Assembly: GCA_048013815.1 (NCBI GenBank)
Contig: CM106586.1
Location: forward strand, 23,994,001 to 24,058,000
Source: Setoptus koraiensis
Taxonomy: Eukaryota; Animalia; Arthropoda
Length of the DNA stretch: 64,000 nt
Reading direction: 5' to 3'
How positions within the stretch are numbered: the first letter of the stretch is position 1; each line of letters opens with the position of its first letter. Shown here one piece after another: positions 1 through 11,575 of the stretch. A program made the position numbers and the translations under genes. The notes beneath the pieces were generated by a model that was not told where the DNA came from, did not search any database, and saw only the letters and a list, made by a program, of their open reading frames with translations.

Positions 1-903
1 GAGAGGGAGGAGGGGGAGGGGGGAGAGGGAGAGGAGGGGAGGAGGAGGGGGGGAGGGAGAGGAGGAGGGGAGAGGGGAGGGGAGGAGAGGGAGGGAGAGG
101 GAGGGGGGGAGGGGGGAGGGAGGGAGAGGGGAGAGAGGAGGGGAGAGGGAGGGGAGGAGAGGAGGGGGGGAGGAGGGAGGGAGGAGGGGGGAGAGGGAGA
201 GGGGAGAGAAGGGGGAGGGGGAGGGGGAGGAGAGAGGGGAGGGGAGGAGGGAGGAGGGGAGAGGAGGAGGGGAGGGGAGGAGGGGGAGGAGAGGAGGAGG
301 GGGAGAGGAGGAGGGAGGAGGGGAGGAGAGGGGAGGGAGGGAGAGGAGGAGGGAGAGAGGGGGGGGAGAGAGGGAGGGAGGAGAGGGGAGGAGGGGGAGG
401 AGGGGAGGGGGGAGGGAGGGGAGAGGGAGGAGGGGGAGAGAGGGGGAGAGGGAGAGGGGGGGAGAGAGGGAGGAGAGGAGGGATAGGAGGGTGAGAGGTT
501 AGAGGGAGGGTAGGAGTAGAAGGGAAGAGGATTTGGGGTAGAGAGAGGAGAGAGGAGAGAGGAGGTGGGAAGTAGGAGTAGGGAAGAGGGGAAGAGAGGA
601 GAGGGGGGAGAGGAGAGGAGAGTAGGAGTAGGAGAGATAGAGGGGGAAGGAGGAGGAGTGGAGGGAGGAGGGGAAGGAGAGGAGTAGAGGGATGATAGAA
701 GGGAGGAGATGGGAGGGAGAGAGGGATGAGGGAGGGAGGAGGGAGAGTGAGAAGAGAGAGAGAGGGTTAGAGAAGAGGAGAGGAGGGTAGGAGAGGAGAG
801 TAGGGAGAGAGGGAGAGGGAGAGGAGAGAGAGGGTGGAGGGAGGGTTGGAGAAGGAGGAGAGGAGGGAGTAGAGAGGTTAGAGGGAGGGTAGGAGAGGAG
901 GTA
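1..903. repeat. G/A polypurine low-complexity tract
   Basis: 1-483 contains only G and A; 484-903 is G/A with scattered T. No fixed period. Abrupt switch to normal sequence at ~904. Confidence 0.9.
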
Positions 904-3177
904 GTGCCTCTTAATTAGTTACAGATAATTTTTCCTAGCATATAGTTAAGATAATTTTCCTAGTCAGTAGATGAATGTTTTCATTTATGAATTATGTTGT
1001 GGCACGTTGCATAAGCAATTAGTAACTAGTCTTAAAAACTGCTAATAGTTTTAGTTGTCCCGCTCAATTTAACAGACATTGAACTTTTGTTCTATCGACG
1101 TAATTAGTTGACGACGAGCGACAGAATCTCTAGGTTGAAAGATTTACAGAGACCTACAACTCTAGCTAAACATTCTGATAAATCGTACCTTTAGATATAT
1201 AGACATATATATTCGCTATATATTCAATGAGCTAGTTTAGCTATGGAGAACGGATTCTTATGCAACACGAATCATGTAGATATGAGAATGAATTTGTGCG
1301 TACATATCATTATTATGTATGTAAGCAAAACAGCATAGTCAACATGTGAATTGTTGTGCAATTCATCCTTACGTTCCATAGAATAAACGCTGTTGCTTCA
1401 GTTTCTATAGCTTAGCAACTAGATTTAGCTCATTTTGAAAGCAACAACCAAATTGTTGGGCAAGCAAATTGCTTCTACTATATCTATGCCACTAATCTGC
1501 CACAGAGACAAAAGTTTGGCCGGACTTGTCTCGCTTATTGTTTATCTGCCCGATAATAGTTGATTCCAATCGCGTCTAAACCAGAGATATAGTAGTAAAG
1601 TAGTACACTCGCATATAGACCCTAATTTAATTTGTTAGTTTTTTTATGGCCAGTTGAATTGTTGTGACTCAAATTGCGCATGCTATATCAACAACAATGG
1701 AACGACTGACTTTCTCTCTTTACCATATAAAAGAAGTAAAAGATTATTCTCAGTGCTATTTATGATCCCATGGTGTATCTAATTGACCACAACCCTATTT
1801 GAGCTGTTTGATACTGGCAGCTTGTTAGGCTAACTACAAATAACTACAACTAACAATATCACAGCGCTCTCTTTGTACCAGTTGGATCATGAAGTTTATT
1901 TGGTATTTGATTGATACTAAAATCTTCCTATGTATATAGATTTTACAAATATATCTTTTTTTACGACATAAGGCCATTTTATGTGCACAAAAGTTTCTTG
2001 TGTGTGGTGTGTGTGTGCGACTATTAGATACGTCATGACGTAACATGAGATGTTGACAAAGTCGGAAACTTTATGCAGCCTAATCAAAACTGCCTCACTG
2101 GGGCTCTAGTTAGATCAGCCAATGTCAGTGTGATGATCAGCAGCAACAACTATAATCATGGTGAGCAATTGCGATGATCAACACTGACGATTAGAGGATA
2201 CAAAAATACAGCCAACTGATTGCGTTTACTAGGCCGACGCGTTAACGATGGTGCCATAAAAAAAGCTCTACGAGATTAGGCTGAAATTAGAATCATCTAA
2301 TTGTTATCGTCGTTGTTGAATTTGATTGCCATCAAATTATATGTCCAAAATGAGCGAGATATACCAGATAGTGAGGGAGAGAGGCAAACACTAAGAATTC
2401 TTTCGTTGTTGGTTGAGAATTTTCGCTCTCCGAATTCAATCATTGAATGTAATAGGACCTGGAAGGGCAACTAGCGAGCCTCATCACAAGCATCATTTGA
2501 TTCTTGCCATGCATGAGAGTCTCTTTCTCTCTCGCTCGTTTCTGTCTACATGTTATACGTCGTCTTCGTTTTAATCATTCATAAATCAAATGGTCCGCAT
2601 AGACGATTATGCACTAAAAATCAGTGTTTGCTTTCATAAGCAGTGTTGATGGTGGTCAATGTGGCCATCATCTTTTATTCAATCGCCGGCAACATCAACT
2701 GATGCCAAGTCGAAAGTTGGCACACACGAGCCACTCACTTAGGACACAGACAAAATAAATCTTTAACACTACTAGAGAATGTTGCTCATGCTTATATTTT
2801 TTCCTCGAAAAGCGTTAAATGACAGCTCAAGTATTAATATGGTGTGCTAAGATGTTGTCGCGTATGGCTATTCTCTTTATCTATTAAATCTTAAGCTGAT
2901 GCCGTGGCTGTTATTTCTTATCTAATACGACATAAGAGGAACATATTTTTTTATTTTACTGTATTTTTGAAATCTTTACATCATGTAAATGCTGCACCAG
3001 TTCTGCTTGGACAATGAATACGCAGACATGTACAACAACATGTCAAGATTGTTATCGTAAAATAACTATCAATCCATATAGCTCGCTACTGAAGTTAGAA
3101 GCGGAATTCCTGTTTAGATTGTCATTTATGTAAGTTCCAGAATAACATTGTCATTATTACTGTTCATTTGTTTATGA

Positions 3178-6066
3178 TTACTTTGCATCAAACTTAAAGC
3201 TGAATTCTGGAGATACAGTGGATATTTTGGAAGTTGTAGTAGTCTCAGTGGTTGTTTGTTCTGTCCTAGTGACCGGTTGTTGTGTCGTTGTGGATAGCTG
3301 TTCTGTGGTCGTTGGTTGTTGTGCTGTAGTTGACTGTGTTATTGTAGCTGTCGTTGATTGCTCGGTGATTGTGGTTTGTTGCGGTATCGTCGACGATTGT
3401 TGTGTTGTAGTAGTTGGTTCTACGGTAGTTGTCAGTTGTTGGGTTGTTGTGGTAGGTTGTTGAGTTGTAGTTGTTGTGGGTTCCTGCGTTGTTGTTGGTC
3501 GTTGAGTTGTACTAGGCGGCTGTGTCGTTGTTGGTTCCTGCGTTGTTGTCGTAGGCTTTTGGGTCGTAGTTGGTACCTCTGTTGTCGTTGTGGGTTGGAG
3601 AGTTGTAGTAGGTGGTTGGGTTGTTGTGGTAGGTTGTTGAGTTGTAGTTGTTGTGGGTTCCTGCGTTGTTGTTGGTTGTTGAGTTGTAGTTGTTGTGGGT
3701 TCCTGCGTTGTTGTTGGTTGTTGAGTTGTTGTTGTTGTGGGTTCCTGCGTTGTTGTTGGTTGTTGAGTTGTAGTTGTTGTGGGTTCTTGTGTTGTTGTTG
3801 GTTGTTGAGTTGTTGTTGTTGTGGGTTCCTGCGTTGTTGTTGGTTGTTGAGTTGTAGTTGTTGTGGGTTCCTGCGTTGTTGTTGGTTGTTGAGTTGTTGT
3901 TGTTGTGGGTTCCTGTGTTGTTGTTGGTTGTTGAGTTGTTGTTGTTGTGGGTTCCTGTGTTGTTGTTGGTTGTTGAGTTGTTGTTGTTGTGGGTTCCTGT
4001 GTTGTTGTTGGTTGTTGAGTTGTTGTTGTTGTTGTGGGTTCCTGCGTTGTTCTTGGTTGTTGAGTTGTACTAGGCGGCTGTGTCGTAGTTGTTGGTTCCT
4101 CTGTTGTTGTCGTAGGCTTTTGGGTCGTAGTTGGCGCCTCTGTTGTGGGTTGAAGAGTTGTAGTAGGTTGTTGGGTTGTTGTAGTCGTCGTTGGTTGCTG
4201 GGTTGTGGTCGGTGCCTGTGTGGTTGTAGTGGGCTGTACTGTAGTTGTGGGCCCCTGTGTTGTTGTTGTTAGTTGTTGAGTTGTAGTCGGTGCCTGCGTG
4301 GTTGTAGTGGGCTGTAATGTAGTTGTGGGTCCCTGTGTCGTTGTTGTTGGTTGTTGAGTTGTGGTTGGTGCCTGTGTGGTTGTAGTGGGTAGTACTGTAG
4401 TTGTTGGTTCCTCTGTTGTTGTTGTTGAAGGTGCTTGGGTTGTAGTCGGCGCCTGTGTAGTTGTGATGGGTAATACTGTAGTTGTTGGTTCCTCTGTTGT
4501 TGTTGAAGGTGCTTGGGTTGTAGTTGATTGCTGGGTTGTGGTGGTAGGTTGTTGTGTAGTGGTTGTTGTCTCCTGAGTTGTTGTTGAAGGTTGTTGGGTT
4601 GTTGTGGTCGTTGTTGACTCTTCGGTCGTAGTCGGTACTTGTGTTATCGTTGTGGGTTTTCGGGTTGTGCTGGGCGCTTGTGTGGTTGTCGTAGGTTGTT
4701 TGGTAGTCGTGGTAGTCTGGGTCGTTGTCGGCGTTGGTGTTGTAGTGGGCTCTGTTGTAGTTGTGGGTTCTTGTGTTGTTGTTGTTGACTGTTGGGTTGT
4801 AGGTGGGGCTGGTGTCTTAGTTGGCACCTGTGTTGTTGTAGCTGGCGATGGTGTTGTGGGTTCTCGAGTTGTAGGTGTCGTTGTCAGCTGTGTTGTTGTT
4901 GTTCGTTGCTGGGTTGTTGATGATGGTTGTGTCGTAGTTGTCGTCGGTACTCGTGTTGTAGTAGTGGTTGGTTGCTGAGTCGTAGAGGGTCGCCGAGTTG
5001 TCGTAGTTGATTTTTGTGTGGTTGTTCGAGGAGCTATAGTTGTCACTTTCTTTGTTATAGTGTCTTCAGTCGATTTTGTTTGTTCCGGTGTCGTCGACTG
5101 CTGTGTAGTCGTAGTTGGTGTCGTTGATGTAGTTGGCTTTAAAGTGGTAGTAGGTTGTTTTGTTGTGGTTGTTGTCTGCTGAGTAGTGGTAGTCGACTGT
5201 TGCGTCGTAGTTGTTGGTTTTTGAGTAGTTGAGGTAGTGGTCGATGTCGGTGTGTTAGTTGTTGGATTTGTTGTGATAACTGGCTTTGTGGTTGTAGATG
5301 ACGAAGCTTCAGTGGTGCTCGTCAGTTTTGTTGTTGAGGGCGCTTGTGATGTCGCCTCTGTCGAGGTCCGATCTTGGATTGTGGTCGTCTTTGGTGTAGT
5401 TGTAGTAGTAGTAGTAGTTGTTGTCATTTTAGAAGTTGTAGTGGGCATCTTGGTTGTTAGTGATGGTTCCTTCGTTGGTCGAGTTGGTATCAAAGGGAAT
5501 GTCCTTGATGTTGTAGAGCTTGTGTCATCGCTGTTTGATTTTGTCTCACGTGTCCATTGATTACTGGAACTATCCGAGGATGACCCTTCTGTGGATGAGT
5601 CAATTGTTGCGGTAGATTCATTAGTTGTTGGTTTCTCGGTAGTAGAAAATTTTTCATGCTTTTGTTTATTTTTTTGGCACTTTTTTCTTTTTGGGTTGAA
5701 TTTACAAAACAGGTCATGTGTCCACGTCTCTAGGTAAGCTCTATGGTTAATATGATTATCTTGTTTATCCATTCTATTACCAAACAGACCGTTGATGATA
5801 CTGAATATTTTACCACTTTCATACTTCATTGTTTCCGTAGTCACTGTTGTTGGTAGTGGTGATATCGGTATTACTGGGGTTGTTGTCTCTTGTTGATCAT
5901 CTAACTCATCTTTGTTTCGGTTTTGTAACAGTTTGTTTTGTATATGCTGTCTAATAAACTTGAATGCCATTACTTGATTAGCGCTTTGTTGTATCTGTTG
6001 ATTGCAATAAACTAATGCCGCCACCAAGATAATCATCCTAGTTGGCACACTCAACAGACGAGCCAT
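3178..6066 (-). CDS. Secreted mucin-like Thr/Pro/Gln-rich protein (962 aa ORF)
   Basis: N-terminal hydrophobic signal-like segment (MIILVAALVYC), short Cys-pair/basic segment (LFCKFNPKRKKC), then ~750 aa of T/P/Q/E repeats. The end AA|GTAATC could be a splice donor, so the C-terminus is uncertain. Confidence 0.85.
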   Translation of the reverse strand: MARLLSVPTRMIILVAALVYCNQQIQQSANQVMAFKFIRQHIQNKLLQNRNKDELDDQQETTTPVIPISPLPTTVTTETMKYESGKIFSIINGLFGNRMDKQDNHINHRAYLETWTHDLFCKFNPKRKKCQKNKQKHEKFSTTEKPTTNESTATIDSSTEGSSSDSSSNQWTRETKSNSDDTSSTTSRTFPLIPTRPTKEPSLTTKMPTTTSKMTTTTTTTTTTPKTTTIQDRTSTEATSQAPSTTKLTSTTEASSSTTTKPVITTNPTTNTPTSTTTSTTQKPTTTTQQSTTTTQQTTTTTKQPTTTLKPTTSTTPTTTTQQSTTPEQTKSTEDTITKKVTTIAPRTTTQKSTTTTRRPSTTQQPTTTTTRVPTTTTTQPSSTTQQRTTTTQLTTTPTTREPTTPSPATTTQVPTKTPAPPTTQQSTTTTQEPTTTTEPTTTPTPTTTQTTTTTKQPTTTTQAPSTTRKPTTITQVPTTTEESTTTTTTQQPSTTTQETTTTTQQPTTTTQQSTTTQAPSTTTEEPTTTVLPITTTQAPTTTQAPSTTTTEEPTTTVLPTTTTQAPTTTQQPTTTTQGPTTTLQPTTTTQAPTTTQQLTTTTQGPTTTVQPTTTTQAPTTTQQPTTTTTTQQPTTTLQPTTEAPTTTQKPTTTTEEPTTTTQPPSTTQQPRTTQEPTTTTTTQQPTTTQEPTTTTTQQPTTTQEPTTTTTQQPTTTQEPTTTTTQQPTTTQEPTTTTTQQPTTTQEPTTTTTQQPTTTQEPTTTTTQQPTTTQEPTTTTTQQPTTTQEPTTTTTQQPTTTQEPTTTTTQQPTTTTQPPTTTLQPTTTTEVPTTTQKPTTTTQEPTTTQPPSTTQRPTTTQEPTTTTTQQPTTTTQQLTTTVEPTTTTQQSSTIPQQTTITEQSTTATITQSTTAQQPTTTEQLSTTTQQPVTRTEQTTTETTTTSKISTVSPEFSFKFDAK
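3625..4045 (-). repeat. 42-bp coding tandem repeat, ~10 copies (PTTTQEPTTTTTQQ)
   Basis: GGGTTCYTG recurs every 42 bp from 3655 to 3991, plus one 45-bp unit; lies inside the mucin ORF. Confidence 0.9.
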
Positions 6067-6900
6067 TATATTCTACTTTTTATCTCCTCTTGATTACTTG
6101 GCAATATCTATGATCACTTGAATCTAACTGTCACTGGTGTCAAATCAATCAATATGAATACATTGACATAATTAACGAATGACCATTTGTTATGACACTT
6201 TACAGCTATTTATACCCACCCGCTAAATTTGAAGATAACAATAACCGAAAGTGATTTTGTATTAAATTCTACTCAACAAACACTGTGATTGATTTAGCGA
6301 TATAGAGAGTGTTTATCTTGGGGCAGTATCGATGATCATGAAATGATTTTATGCTCTAATGAAAGAGGATAAATAATACCTGAGCATAACAATGTGGAAT
6401 CAAAATTAGATCGTTAGACACAGCAATGTTCCTCGGAACCCCAAATAAACATACGAAGGTCGTTCAACCTGCTGTCCAACGGCAGGTGCAGCTTCGAATT
6501 GAGCCAATTAAAATAGAAAGTGATACTGTTACAGCTTATTGTGCGTGAACAATCAATTAGTTATTGTTTGTTGTCACATCACATAACACTAATTTGCATC
6601 ACCGTTGTACATCATGATTATGAGTCAGCTTATTTAATTAACTGTATTTGTTTGTGGTCGTCGAAATATTATCACTATTCTTGTTATTTTTGCTTATACC
6701 ATGACAAATTGCCCCCAATAAGCAGAGAATAGTTTGTCGATGGACGCCACATTTAGCTACAGTCGCCTATATTTAGAGCTAACATATAGAACAGCAGTGA
6801 AAATAACAACAGCGCAATGCAAAATAGCAACGACACCAATAGCAGATGGCATAATTTGCGTATCGTCCTCGCAGCAACAAAATCAAATTAGTTCTTTTGA

Positions 6901-6924
6901 TCTCTCTCTCTCTCTCTCTCTCTC
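6901..6924. repeat. (CT)n microsatellite
   Basis: Direct reading of sequence. Confidence 0.9.
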
Positions 6925-9900
6925 CCTTTGAATCCTTTAACCCATGTTCTCTGTCCTTGACACACAAAGTCGTTTTATTCAAATTGGCCACAACTAAGCA
7001 CTCATTAGCAAACATAATAGAATTGCTAGGCAGTCCAGTCTTGCTGTTCAGTTATTAGTTGTGAATAACCATCCCACCTCTCCGTTGAGCCTCCTCCATC
7101 CTGTCAATCATGCTATTGTGAGTCGGACATTTCTATTTTGTAGCTTGTTGTGGCTTGAAGTGTGTGTCGATCAAGAATCTTCAGTCGTGATGTCATTGCT
7201 TTGTGTTGTTGTTGTTTATCAAACTTTTGCATAGGTGCCAATCTATCTGCACTCGATCATATCACACAAGCACTTTGTTTTGTCTATCTGTCTGCTTGTC
7301 TGGTCCGATACAAACATTAGATAGAAGCAGAAAACAAAAAAAAGCCAAGAGGAAAGAGCAAAAGGAGCCGCCATCGTCGTCAGAATTAGCATTCTAGCAA
7401 ATCACCATAATCACTGATGTGTCAAATTCTCACTTCTTCTTCTTCTTTTTATCTCGCACTCTTTGTTTCAGTGGCCATCTCATCTTATTCTAGTTGCGTA
7501 ATGGGCGCTTCTATACTTTGACTCAGACTGTGAAGTAAATTCTGAAATAGACCAGTTGCATATGTTGTTTAGAATTAATAATAAGACAAGTAACAAAATA
7601 AGTTATGAAATGTATTGTCGGTGTTAGACGATAATAAGTTCAATTCGATTGGATTTGCAACAAGATTCAGCACACAAGAGTCACACCTGTTGAGAGACAT
7701 TGAAACACTTTGCTTCTTAATATATGCCACTTATGTCTCTCTCTTCTCTACGATGTCTTCGCTAACAAGATGTTTGTCGAGTTTTGTTTAAGCCCAGTCA
7801 AGATAGTCAGAGTCGTCTCATTTCATGTGTTTTTGTCTGCAAATTTGCTTGCTGACGACGGGCGGCGTCGCTAGCGTTTGTCTCGCTAGCTAGACAGTTG
7901 ATAATTTTTGGCAGTTTGTTGTTGGTATTATTGTTGTTGTGTGCCGTAAAAGTAAATAGCTGAACACATAAACCGCTGAGCGCGTCTGATCAACCAACGC
8001 TGATAGAGATGATTGGCACCACAACCTAAAACGAACTTATTTGATGATTGTGTCTGTTGTAAATGTCGGTAGATAGAGAGATAAGAATTTGTGAGCAGCA
8101 TCCGCCTTACCCTAACCGCCATCGGAAACCAACAAACAAATAGCATCAACTACAGCTAAAACCACAGCAATACCACAGCATGCTGAATAGAGTGATTGAG
8201 TGAGTGGCAGGACGTTAATAACTATTGCTGTTTGTTCGCGCCGTATGTGATGTTGTTATTTTATTTTGGCCATGTCCAGTTCACAAGGCGGAGGTGTCCA
8301 CACAACAGACAGCGGACAGCAGACAACAGACACAACCAATCAACATGTTCATCTTGTTTATGTGCTCACCTGTGTGCTGCACATAATAAACAAACAATCT
8401 TGTTCTTATTACATCATGGCTTGTTGTTGTTGTTGTTGTGTAAATTTGTTGGTAGTATCGTGTCGTAGTAGTATGTGTGATGGACAGCGTCATCGTCGTG
8501 ATGAGGTTGTCATGTAATGCGAATCACGACGACGTTGATTGAAACAAATATGTAACACTGTTGACACTTGTTACATCATATTACAGTATAACAGTTGTTG
8601 GCGTTGCACCAATCAACTTGGACTCACAAGTCAGTTGGTTATCACCCAAACAAAAGGCAGCATTTCATCAGGATTGTCAGCATCACTGTTGTTGATTAGC
8701 TGCTGTTGCAACACCCGCTCCAATTTTGATTGACTTGCGCTAGATGCACTAATATTAGTATACATCTGGCTGTATGAAGCTAGCAACAAATCTAGTTGTG
8801 CCCTCGGCAACAGAAACAATAATTGTTGGATATTGCCAATAATAATATGAGAATGAGTGTGTTGCAAGAAAGTTGATATTCTGACAATGTTGTGAGACTG
8901 AGACCTTGTGACCTCGTTGAACCGTATCGAACAGTTTTGAGCTCTGATCATCATCATCATCAGCATCATCATGGTCACCTTCATCATTACTATTATTATT
9001 ATTATTATTTTTATTGTTGCCTGCATGTGAAGTGTGCAGTTTTTATATTTTTGCTCATCGTGCTTATTCAGTTAATAGCAGCGCAAGTGTTGTTGGTGAT
9101 TCCCTCGCACTTGTTGTTGTACCTTGAACAGTCGGCGATCAACGAGTCCAACATTGACGAGTCGTCGATTCGTTAATTAGCCATCATGATGATTCTCATC
9201 ACTTCCTCTTGTATCACGCCGACACGCACACGAATCACAGCGCTTTCATTGCATGCACTAACCAATGTACTGTGGTGTGTATGTAAGTATAAATAGTGTG
9301 TAGTGGGTATAAATAGAAGGATAAAAGTGGCTAAAACTTACATCATGTAAGCGGGGAGAACAAGTGGCAGGCCAATTGTGAGAACCAGCCAACTGTAATG
9401 TAACTCCATCATCTAATGATGAGATACAGATGACGACGCGACAGAGCGATCATACAAGATGAGCGAGCGAGAGCGAGCGAGATATAATACGCGATGAGGA
9501 TAACGATGGGAACACAAGACAAGATTGTTGGTTCAGATTTCGTGTACGCTGGCGACATCGTTGGCATTGGCATTGGACGGCACACCAAAGAAGCGCCAGT
9601 GAAAGAACAATCATGATAGAATCGCATCAATGCCAGTTTTTTAGCTGGCTCACTTTTTAGCTCGCTCTCAGTATGTGCAAGCTGCAATATCTGGCCCAAC
9701 TTAATCATCATGATTGAGTAAGAGCGCGCTCATCGAGTTCACAGTTTAGCTCAAATAAATCCAAGTGTTGTCCAACATTGTGATGAGCGAGACCCAATAC
9801 ACCAATGGCATTGGGCCGACAAACTCAACAGTAAAAGATTGCGGCAACAATTTTGTTGTTGGCCACTGAAGTTTGTGTGTTTGCTCCAGTTGCAGCAAGC

Positions 9901-11523
9901 AAACCAAGCCCCAAAATCATTGTTATAAATAATCTCTCTATTGTAATCTCAGTTGGAGTCGCGCGAATCATCTCATCATTGTAATGATGATTTAATCCGT
10001 CGCTTGCACAATTTACATCATCATTATGACGGGCATTAGGAGTGCGAATCATTCGATCGATGCATCCGTCCGACGCACAACATTATATAATATAATGTAT
10101 ATAGGACGATTGGTTTGTGTGAAAGGCGCCATTAGATATAAGAGATATTAGACATAAGAGATGTTAGATATTGGAGATATTAGAAATTAGAGCCACTAAA
10201 ATGGACTCAAATTAAATCTCTCTGTTTGCGACCGCTAACCTTTGTTGAATTGTTGTTGTTGCCTTGCGCACATATGTATTAAATGAAGACGTCATCAATA
10301 TTAATATTGCATCGACGACGCAAATATTGATTCATCTTTCGGTCATCTTTTGGGCCTTTTCGCTCATGTTGTAGCGGCCAGCCGCAACCCACCGGCCACA
10401 ACAACGGCACGAATAACTGATGACAGCAGCAGCAACACCAACAAAGAGAAGCCATCTGATCCCTCACGATGGTCACAATTGTCAGTCTATCGGCGATGGA
10501 GGCCGAATAAAGTTGGGCAAGTCAACCGTACGGCTAGCATCTGTCCATCTGTCTGTTTGCTGGCTCTATCACTTGCTCTATTACTGTTACTGTTGCTGTT
10601 GCTGTGTTTATATCAAGAAACAAACAAGAATCAGGGTCAATATTTGTTGTCAGTCAGTTGGTTGGGGTCGAGCACGTGTTACGCGTGTTATGCCAGTTCG
10701 TGTTGCTTGTGGCCAGCGCGGCAAGTTGGCGCGGTTGAGTTTAGTTTCTATTAGTTGCGTCACAGCACACATGCTGTCATGCTGTTGCGTTATAAGCTCG
10801 TTATAAGAGAATAAGAAAATGAAAACAAAAAATAACGAAATGTAACGTTGTTGCGCCGACATTTGCGGGCTTCCATGAGCCAGAAACTCGCGAGCAGCAC
10901 TATCATCGATATGTGAAACTGTAAATTGTTACTGCACGCCGGAATTAGTGTTATTGCCAGTATTTTCCAGTATTGTCAGTATTTTTACAGTGCTGGCCAC
11001 GGCCCAATGGTCACTGGGCCTACGAGGTCCAATGGAAATATCTGATGCTGTGTCAGTGGGCCGGACGAGTCGCTGTCTGTTGTGGCCGCTGCAACGAGAC
11101 GCGCAACCATTGTAAAGGTGATTTTAGGTGCGACTAACAGATACAACCACAGATAGATATTGATGTATTCAGACAGCCGAGCAGCCAGGCAGCCAGATAA
11201 ATGAGAAACACGGACACGACAAAACGTTATCGCGACGCATCGGGGCGCCAAAACTGTAAACTCTCGCGCCGGCAACAACATGAGACGAGAGCGCAACGAA
11301 TTTGATGGCAGCCCGTTGAGCCATTTTGACAGCACCGACACGCGTTTGCACAAAGTTGATTAGTATGAAATTGCTTTAAAATTGCCTGTGACGCACTGCA
11401 ACTGCGCCACAACTGCAGCGCCACTGCGCCACAACTGCAACGGCGCAAGGGGCCCTCCTAAAGCGATCAATCGCGTGCCAGGCGCCCCATCGATGTGCCA
11501 TCGATGTATCCGTACAGTACGAT

Positions 11524-11575
11524 TGGGCCGCACAATTTCGAGTGGCCGGCGATAAACTCGAAATTGTGCGGCCCA
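11524..11575. repeat. Perfect 20-bp inverted repeat with 12-nt loop
   Basis: TGGGCCGCACAATTTCGAGT (11524-11543) is the exact reverse complement of ACTCGAAATTGTGCGGCCCA (11556-11575). Confidence 0.9.

Noticed and set aside
3218-5560. Cys-rich and Val-rich + strand ORFs (e.g. 3358-4272)
   Set aside because: Antisense shadows of the ACA/ACN-rich mucin repeats.
8761-8790. miR-9-like ATCTGGCTGTATGA; also miR-279-like TGACTAGATC at ~39907
   Set aside because: Only partial matches (seed absent, or no pre-miRNA hairpin).
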